Source: Patescibacteria group bacterium
Lineage (GTDB): Bacteria > Patescibacteriota > Patescibacteriia > UBA9934 > GWF2-40-263
Assembly: GCA_041661745.1 (NCBI GenBank)
Contig: JBAZTR010000002.1
Coordinates: 4,368-68,367 of the forward strand
DNA: 64,000 bases
Direction of reading: 5' to 3'
The first letter of the stretch is position 1. Every line of letters starts with the position of its first letter. The notes beneath the pieces were generated by a model. That model was not told the DNA's origin. It made no database searches and saw only the letters and a program-made list of their open reading frames with translations. The translations under genes and the position numbers were made by a program. Shown here one piece after another: positions 9,397 through 19,300 of this stretch.

Positions 9397-10296
9397 TTAT
9401 AATTTTCCCGGACCCAAAGGATTATAACCACTTTCCAATTCGTCTTTGTCGCTATAACCGTCACCGTCAGTATCAACTTTAGACGGATCAGTGTGATAAA
9501 GATTATATTCGTCGGCATCGGATAAACCATCGCCATCCGAATCAAGACTGGTATCACTCGAACCAAGCGAAGCTTCTAACTCAGCATTCAAGTCATCGTG
9601 ATCACGATCGCCGGAACCAACCGTATCAAGACAAGTCCCTTGGTCACCACTGTCGGATAAAGCCGCGCAGCGATCAGGATCTTCGCTGGCTACTGCTTCG
9701 GCTAAATTTTTCTGCTGATCGCAAACTGTCTGATCAACTCCAGTACCAGAACAGCCTTTGGTTTTAGCGATTTCTTCAGACAAAGTACTGACACAACGTT
9801 CTCTGGTTATATCGCCGGAAATTTGCTCACACCGAGAAATATCTAAATCCCGTAAAGCTAAGGCGCGATAAACTGAATCAGCACATTCTTTTTGAGTTTC
9901 GTTATCATCAATTAAATCGCAAGCAGCCGCTTGGTAACTTTCCCGGGCAACTTTCCACACACAAGAAATCATAGCTTGGCCTTCCAGTTCAGTACAAACT
10001 TCGGCCACCCCATTATTTTGGGCGGCCGCCTCAATCAAAGTAGCCCGGCAGGCCTCGGGGTTTCTTTCTTCGTCACACGTGGACAAGGCTTGGTTTAATT
10101 CTTGTTCAGCTAAAAGCGCGGCGGCCTCATTTTGCGTCGCTTGGTTTCGGTTTTGTACTAACCAACTTACACCCATAATTATCGCGGCAATTAAAACCAC
10201 GGCCACGGTAATAATTATGATTAGCTTCCAAGTTACTTTTGGCTTACTCGGCATTTCGTAACTAGGTGGGGTTTGGTAATAGGAGGGGGTATCCAT
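9397..10296 (-). CDS. Single-pass membrane protein with Cys-pair repeats and DxDxDG repeats
   Basis: TM, six C-x(8-11)-C units (e.g. ACDLIDDNETQKEC, RCEQISGDITRERC), DSDGDGLSDADE..DTDGDGYSDKDELESGYNPLG. Confidence 0.78.
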   Translation of the reverse strand: MDTPSYYQTPPSYEMPSKPKVTWKLIIIITVAVVLIAAIIMGVSWLVQNRNQATQNEAAALLAEQELNQALSTCDEERNPEACRATLIEAAAQNNGVAEVCTELEGQAMISCVWKVARESYQAAACDLIDDNETQKECADSVYRALALRDLDISRCEQISGDITRERCVSTLSEEIAKTKGCSGTGVDQTVCDQQKNLAEAVASEDPDRCAALSDSGDQGTCLDTVGSGDRDHDDLNAELEASLGSSDTSLDSDGDGLSDADEYNLYHTDPSKVDTDGDGYSDKDELESGYNPLGPGKL

Positions 10297-10304
10297 AGAA
10301 TATT

Positions 10305-13300
10305 TTACGGGAAGAACATGTCTTCAATTGATGACGAATCGCAATCATCGCCACAGGTATTAGCTACACAAGTCCCAGCTGTAGTTCCCCACACACCACT
10401 AGTTACACCGCAATAAAGGCTGGCCGACGACGAACCAACAACACATAGTCTATTTGTGTAGTCATAAAGAACTGGTGGCAAAATAAGTCTACGTGATCCA
10501 CCATCACAAATTCCCAAATCATCAGCGGCCATGGCAGAATAACCAGGGCCAAACAAAGAACAATCGCAAGTAGCTGTGTCAGTACAACTGGAAGCAAGTT
10601 TAATAACACGCGAGGCTGGATTAGTGGCACCTCTAACGCAATAAATATCCTCAAAAGCTGTTTCGTCACAAGACTCGCCACCGTCTATTATACTATCGCC
10701 GCAGACCGGCAAATAAGCCGACAGTGTATCGGTAGAACAAGTGCCATCACAAGTATTTGCCTTGCAGACTCCAGCATCGGCCCCAGAGCCGCACATTGCC
10801 TCGGACCACGAAGTTGACGTATAGCAAACCGCGCTATCAAAATCATAACCACCGGTTGTTCCGCCACTACAAATGCCCAGAATGTTTCCATAATTTTCGG
10901 CATAACCGGCGTCACAACCAGTATCTGATCCAAGAGCATAAATATCTCGCAGGCTTGGATCTTCATCAAAGTTAACGCAATATTTTGGAAAATCTCCCCC
11001 GTCACAATATTCACCGTCGGCCGTATCAATTCCACCATCACCGCAACCGGAATCGCAGGCATCACCGATTCCGTCACTGTCAGCATCGGCCTGACTAACA
11101 TTAACAACACTCGGACAATTATCTTCCACGTCAACAATTCCATCACCATCAGTATCAGCTAAAGTTTCGCCGCCGCCGACCGAGCCGACCGAGCCGGCCG
11201 CCCCCTCACAAACATCACCAATTTCGTTTAAGTTTGCGTCTGCTTGATCTTCGTTAGCATCGTTCGGACAATTATCATTAAAATCAAGAACGCCGTCACC
11301 GTCTGAATCTATAGTCGAAGACGCCCCGGTTCCAACACTAGCCGAGCTGGCCGGACAATAGGAAAGTTTAATATCACTAATATTCACGGTTCCTTCGCCG
11401 CTGAAAGAAATACGGAAAGGAATATTCCATTCGTTCTCTGTGTCACAGCCGAAGCCCTCGGGAAATGGAATAACAACATCATCGCCATCAAAAACTTCAT
11501 CCGAAGTCAAAGTGGTTTCTCCGGCAAAGTCAGTGGTGAAAGTCATGGTCAAACCAATAATACTGTCGGCGATTTGTTGATACATTTCGTCGAGGTCATC
11601 GGAGGAGCTGGCACTAAAAGCATATTCGATATCATCAGTTACCGAACAGTCGGCGACATTGCTATAAGCAGTTTCGGACGGATCGTTCTCGAGACAAGAA
11701 TCAGACGACCAATGGGCCATTTTACCAATAAGCGCATCAGTGGTCATGAGTGCTGCGGTATAAATTTCAATACCGTTAGCAATCGCCGCATTTCTAATGT
11801 CTTGAATTTCTTCGTAATATTTATAAGCCGAGGTATAGGTACTGCTATCAATAAGAACGTTTGGATCCCCATCACTTAAAAGAATAATGATTTGATCATC
11901 AGCCTCACTATCCTCAAGTATATTTGCCGCGCACTGCAAACCGGCCGATAAAGGTGTACTACCTCCAGTTCTTGTTGAATAACTTTCCACACTGTATTCA
12001 CCATAAATCAACTGTGATTCGTTTGTTGTTAAATCGCTATCAATCCAAGCCAATCCAGTCGTTCCGGCGGAATTGGTTATGCAAGCATCGGCCAAAGTGA
12101 TTGCTCCATCGTTATTATGATCCGAGCCATCTTCTAAAGTATTGGTAAAGCTAACCAAACCAATTTGCAAATTACTATAATCATCAAAGGCATTAAATAG
12201 TTCTTGAATAGCTGACGAGATTGAATTAACCGTTGCTTCAATCTTTGTCGAAGACATGCTTCCCGATAAATCAGTCACAAAAACAATATCAACATCCAGC
12301 GGAATAATATTAGTTGTGTCGATATCGGCCGTCAGTGATGTGCCGACCGAACAGGCTGGTAAGAAAATAGAAGCCGTGTCAGGACTATCTCCCGAATTAT
12401 AACTGTAAAGATCAGCCGAGGTTTCTTCAGTTGCTCCGGCCAATTCGGTTTGAATGGAAACCGAAGTCGTTGAATAGGAAAAAGGACAGGTGGCACTGCA
12501 AGTGGCCCCGCAGTCGGCAACCATACAAGTTCCACCGCTAGAATCAATTCCGCAGTCATAGCCGGAAGAGCCAGTCCCGGCGACACATGGTGCGCCGTTG
12601 TAATCATAATAACCGTCTAATGTACAAATAAAATCGCCACAGACAGACGCTTGACGCCAGCCGCCATTACAAACACCGACCTGTTCCAAACAGTGGTAAT
12701 TATTATCCGTATCGCAGTCGGCGTCAGTTTCACAAGCCGAAGTCGAGATTCCGCGCTCGTCGGGATTTGTCCCAGCCAAATAACAATACTTTGGCAAATC
12801 CGAACCATCACAGAATTCACCGGTTTGCATTACCCCGTCACCACAATAAGAACCGGACATCGTAGTGTATTGGCAATTAACATTACAATAATTACAGGTG
12901 CCACTATAATCAGGTGAACAAACCGTGCCGTTTTCCAATCCATCGTCGCAAGTTTCATGGCCGGCATAAACCGCATCATCACCACAAATATTAAATTTAC
13001 ATTCCGCAGTACAGTCGTCGGTATTATCGTCGTTGCCATCATCACATTCTTCATCACCTTCAACACTGCCGTTGCCGCAAATTTGCGTGCCACCCAAACA
13101 AGCACTCCAGGTGTTCCAACCACAAGCGCCGCCAGTGCCATCGTCACAAGTTCGATAACGAGAAAGTTGATATTCAAAAGACGTCTTGCAGTCGCCGCCT
13201 CCGGTACAATCAGCGTCTTCACTACATTCTTCATTGTCACGATCGCCGCCATCACAAACCGCAGAAATCGGACAAGCAGCATAAACTGTGCCGCAATCGG

Positions 13301-16300
13301 TTTCATCACAATCAGCATCGGTTGTACAGGTCGCATAATTATCAGCTGCGCCGCACAAAGCCCCATTCCATGCTTCACTATTACCATCACATGATTCATC
13401 GCTATTCACTTCCCCATCGCCGCAAGACGGCCCGGGATAAGAGCAGTCGTAGGCGCAAGTGTGTGCCGCGTCAGCATCGTAAATGCCGTTAGCGTCCGCG
13501 CAAGAATTAATTGTTGACCAACTGGAAGTATCGGCGTGGACATCGGTCCAATTGGCAGTTGAACCGCAATCACATTCTTCGCCGCCGGCTAAATAACCAT
13601 CACCGCAATACCAGGCGTTATCCAAACCACAGTCACTGTCACAATATCCGTATTCTCCATTATTTGTTCCGTCATCGCAAGTTTCACCAGGATCAAGAAC
13701 ACCATTGCCACATTCATAAGGTGAACAAGAGCCACCAGCTGCTTCGGCTTCGGATTCATCCATGTAATCAGAACAATCAGAAAGACACGGAGCGTCCATT
13801 GTCCCATTGTTATCATCGATGCCGTCGTCGTCGCTATCGTAGGTACAAGAAATTGTGTCGGTATTACCTAATTCACAAATTTCACTTAAACCACGCACGC
13901 CATCACCGCAACGTGTCGAGGTTCCCAAATTTGAACCATTACAGAACTCACTATCAATTCTAAACCCATTTGCCACGTCTTCCGCATTGGCAAACTCCGC
14001 ATAAACAGTGGCATTATCAGTTGAATCGTCATCAATCGGATAAGCCCAATAATCACCAGGGGAATCTTCAAGTTGCACTGAAAGAATATATTCCTCACCG
14101 CCAATACTTTGATAAAGATAGGTATTAGAATCTTCGCTGCAAGAAAAAGTGCCGGCCGTTGAATCCCAACAATAAGTTTGATCAGTATAACCGGGACAAT
14201 AGAATTCGTTTAGAGGATCAGTAGGAATAGCTGTACCAAGGGCATTACCCAACTCAGCGTTCCATGATGGCCAAGTACTGGTGGAGAAAGCGGAAAGAAA
14301 TGTCCCGCTTTGAATTTCTGGCACTTCGGCCATACAGGTTTCATCATCGCCCGGACAATCATCATCCTCACTGCAATCCTGGCCTTTTGTTACCGAGCAG
14401 TGACGATTTTCTTCGCCGTAAGCGGCCAAGTCAGAGGCAATTTTACGAGCATCGGTTAAGCGTACCATGTTGCGACGCAGTTTTCCTTTTTCCGCATCAC
14501 AGAAAGCCGAAGCGTCGCTTAATTCACTAATACAATCCAAATTAGAAACACACGAAACATAATCACCTTCGGCGTTAACCGCGTAATCTCCGTCTGAAAC
14601 ACAGACATTAATGTCACTTACTTCAAGATCGCCAGAACTATTAAGACCGGCATTAAATTTCCAGTTCTCTAAAACCTGTTCAACAATGGCATCAGTTTCT
14701 TCACCAGCTCCTTCGTTATAAGAAATTACATAAATATTCGGATAATTGGTGACACTTGAAGAACTGTAATTAGCCGCTGAAACATAATAAGTATTACCGT
14801 CCTGAACCGCCTCATAGCCGTCCACTGTCGTTTCACTAGGTGAACCGGAAAAACCTTGAACATCAAACCAGGCCGATGGTGAAAGATAGTCCTCGTTGGA
14901 GAAAACCCGGACACCGATAGCGTCGCTGGTGCCATCAATTAAAAAGAGTCGCTCTTGAAGAATGTCCACGCCGCTCGGGGTAACCGGCGGTTCAACTTCG
15001 ATAAGCTCTGGTAAATTATCGCTTCCCTCTTGGTCGCGACAATAATAAAAGGAGAAATTAGAATAATCTTCAAGATACGGGAAAGCGGCGGTCATCGGAT
15101 TTGGCCACAAGGTTTCGCACATGTTCGCCTCCAGTTCAGCCGAACCGGTTACAATTGTGCCGTCAGAAACCACTGTGGCCGAGGCCGAGGCTAATTCCTC
15201 ACCGTTCACTCCCGAGGAGGTGACGGTGGTTGTTACATCATCGACATTGATCACTTCAATTACTGTCTCGGCCGACTCGTCGCCCCAACCCCAAGTCCAT
15301 GAGTAGTCATCGATTTCTTGAATTTCTTCGGCCGAAGCACCATCTAAAGTATAAGACGCGGCCAAAAGTGTGTGTTCTTCACCGGATTCGGTAAACAAGT
15401 ACGCACTCGGCTCGTCAAAAATATCCTTCAATTCGGTTTTACCAGTATCTTCAACGGAAACCATTTCCAAAGCGCAAATTTCCGTACCAACTTCAAAATT
15501 AACAATTTCACCATCGTAAATCGCCACGCCGTTGGTATTAACAACCCCTTCAACAATATTATCTAGTGGGTCACCGGCTGACTCGCCTAAAGCCACCAAA
15601 TTATAAGTTCCACTTTCAAGAGCCTGAGAAAAATCAAGATCAATTCTTGAACCATCACCAAGCTCGGATAAAGTATAAGAAACCGGAACAAGACATGCAC
15701 CAAACGTCTCCGCGTGAACCCCAAGAATTCTCAAAACGTTTTGAGCCAGCCATCCCCAAGCCCGGGAAAATAAATTATCACCCGAATCGTTGCGAGCAAT
15801 CAGCAAAGTAGTATAAGTGGTTGGACAGTTTGTTTCGTCGACAGCAATAGCAGTTGGTCCGGTGCCGATAGAAACAAATTCCAAATACAAAGCTCGTGAA
15901 TCATTTAGTCCGCCAGCGTCCATGGTTTGATCAAAATCCATGTAAACTGAAGTATTGCGACACACACCAGTTGACCCGGCAACCGGGTAATAGTCAGTAA
16001 TGGCCGGGCGTTTAAAACAACAAGCGGCATCGCCACATCCATAAGTTATACCACTGGTGTCACAGTTATAATCAGAGACACATGAACATTCCAGAGTGAA
16101 AGTCGCTGACCCCTCAGCCTCACTTGAACCCTCGGTCGCCACAATAGATGTAATGGCAATATTTTCACCGGAAGCCAAAACTTCTTGTGGTGCTTCTTCG
16201 GAAATTTCAGCAATGGTAAATGGGGCAACGCTGGTCACCCCGCTCGCTTCACACTCCTCACCAGCCTCGGTTTCTAAATCAAGGTCACCGCAAATTGAAC

Positions 16301-19300
16301 CATAATCTTCGTCCGATCCTTCACTCAAGCAAAGAGATGAACAACCGTCGTCATCGGTGGTATTGCCATCATCACAATCTTCGCCGGTTCCGATTTCACC
16401 ATCGCCACAAGCTGAAGGAATAGAGTAAGACGATGACGAACCTTCGTTTAGGCAAGACGACGAACACCCATCGCCATCGGTGGTGTTGCCGTCATCGCAA
16501 TCTTCGCCGTGTTCCGGGTCACTGCCATTGCCGCAGACACCATAAAAATTATCAATCGTTTCAGAACCTTCATTCAGACAATTGGCTGAGCAGTTATAAG
16601 CGGCTTTATCTTCACCGTAATCACACTCTTCCCCGCCAATCATATTGCTGTGAGCCACGAGACCGTCACCACAATCATATCCCAGGGATGAAGCCCCTTC
16701 GTTCAAACAAATAGACGAACAACCGTCATTGTTTGAAGTATTACCTAATTCGTCGCATTCCTCACCGATTCCTACTGCGCCATCACCGCAAACCGAAGGA
16801 GTACTGTAACTTCCACCGGAACCCAAACGAAGACAAGAAGAAGAACAGCCTTCCGTACCATCACAATCCTCCCCAAAGTCAATTTCACCATCACCACAAA
16901 CAGCTATCGGAGTTTCGGTTCCAATATGCAAACAATCTAAAGAACAACCATCGGCTAAATTATTAGAAATCATGATTGCCCCGCCACCAACCAAGTCGGC
17001 AATATTAGCCGTTGGCAATTCATCAGTTTCATCAATGGCCACCCAGGTTTCCCAGGTGTAGCCAGCGGCTATTAGTCGTTGGCCTTCGGCTGAACAGGCA
17101 TCGGGTGAGCCGTACGGCACAGCCGTAAAACGTTGAATTGTCCCAACCCGAGTGGCTGTGGCTTCGTTTGGTTCAACTTCTACTCGATCGACAGTACAAG
17201 CCTCAGCTTTAGTCGTAAAGGTCCATGACAAATCACCGTACCAAGCCAGGTCACCGGCCGCTTCACTTAACAACGAACCGCTCTCTGATTCAGCTTCACC
17301 AGAAATGATCACGCGATAAGAAGTATCAATCAACAAATTTCCGGGCGGAACAATTGTCAGTATGTCAGTTTCGTCATCGTAACTCGAGGCGACTGAACTA
17401 ATTTCTACTAGTTCATCAGGGGCACAACCTGGATCCTCGCAACTAAACAATCTAACTATTTGTTCACCACCACTATCCGTTCCGGAAAAAGTTCCGGCGG
17501 CCATTGGAATATTAAAAGTTGCGCCGATTTCCGCATCCAGGCAAGCTTCGGTACAACTCGGCCAGTAATCAGTAATTTTTGGATCAGTAAAGCTGATGGT
17601 TAAATATCCGTCATCACTGACACTGTAACCATCGGGCTGAGCATTAATCGCAACCGGGCCATCGGTGCCGGTTTCTTCCTCGGCTATAACCATCGCCCCA
17701 CAGCCGACAACACTACCAACACTTGCCTTACTCGAATCGCTGGAAGAAAAATTCCAGGTGTAAGGTGAACAGTCTAAAACCGTGCACTGATATTCCGAAC
17801 TGGTCGGCGCAGCACTATAAGCAATTTCCTCGTTTTGTATGTTTGAAGTCTTTTCGCCTGGCGAAACAATAACTCCACCAATTTCACAAGCGTCTCCAGA
17901 AGCCGCAGTTTCAAATTCCCAAATAACGTCTTCAAGCATTACTAAACCTTCGATACTTTGTATTGTTCCGACCTCACCACCATAAACGGTCACGCGATAT
18001 CGAGTATCGGCGGCCCAATCAGACGCGGGTATCCAGGTAAAACCACTTTCATTATAAGAAGTCGGCGAACTTTCCATTTCCACAGCCGCGGTGTCCGAAC
18101 AGGTTTTATCAGTACACTGCTCTACCAAAAAGCCGGCAGTTGAATATGAAAGCGCGTCCATGTCTTCGGTGAAACTGACACTTAAAGCCGCGTTAGAACA
18201 AATCTTTGTTCCGCCATCCCAACCTTCCCAAGGTGTCGGGGAAACCCATGTTTCATCACACTCAATGCGAACATCTGGCGCTTCAGGAATATCACCGGTG
18301 GAAAAATAATAGGCGTAATGTGAAACAGTCTCAGGGTCAACGCATTCCGTTGCTGAACAAGCCCCACTAGCACAACAAGTTTCACCCGAGCCGCAAGAAA
18401 AATCAACGTTACAAACGCCAACAGTAAAATTAACTTTGTTGGATTTCTGAGCATCACTGTCAATTACAATAACCGGACCACTGTTTGTGTCAGCAGGAAC
18501 AACCACGCCGGTTGTTTCACCAATTGCTCCACTCGTCCAATCATCAGTTGTGGCTGTTTGATCATTGAAAAAAGAAATCGAGCCGACCGTGGTACCAAAC
18601 CCCTCACCATATAAAGTAACCGCTGTGCCGACCGGACCGGAATTGGGAACAATGGCACAAAATCCGGGGGCCGCTTCGCCAGTAGTCACAACAAAGTTAA
18701 CTGCTTCGGATTTTAAACCATCTTCGGCCCGCTGTATGTATAAATCATGAGTAATCGCATCAACCGAATTGGTGTTGCTGTATTTCGCGGGAACTTTAAT
18801 AATAATTTCAGTATCACTCCAAAAACTGTCTTCGCATTCATCGGGAAAATTTGTGTCGCCTAAAGCTTCGTAATCTGTGCTTTGGCTAACAAACCGAACC
18901 GTTCCTTCGCTGGTACCAAAACCAGAACCATAAATGGTTAAATATTGGCCAATCGGGCCTTCTTCAGGATCAACCTGACTAATTACCGGAAGTTCCTCCT
19001 CAGTAACCGAAGTGGTAACAAATTGGAGTTCGTTAGAGCCCTCACGAGCATCGCCACTGCCGGTAAACAATTGAATATCGAAAATTCCGGCATCCAATAA
19101 CGGCGACACGGCCCCGAAAGATGTTGTTGACCAATCGCTGTAACTGGCCGCTTCATAAGAATCAAAATAAAGCGTAGCGTCAGTGCTTGATTCCCCAAGG
19201 TTAATACCGTGAAGTGTAACGGCAGAGCCAGCCTCGCCGCTTTCCGGATCAATAGAACAAAGGCCGGGGCGAACTGTTTCATTAACTTCAAAGTCGCTGA

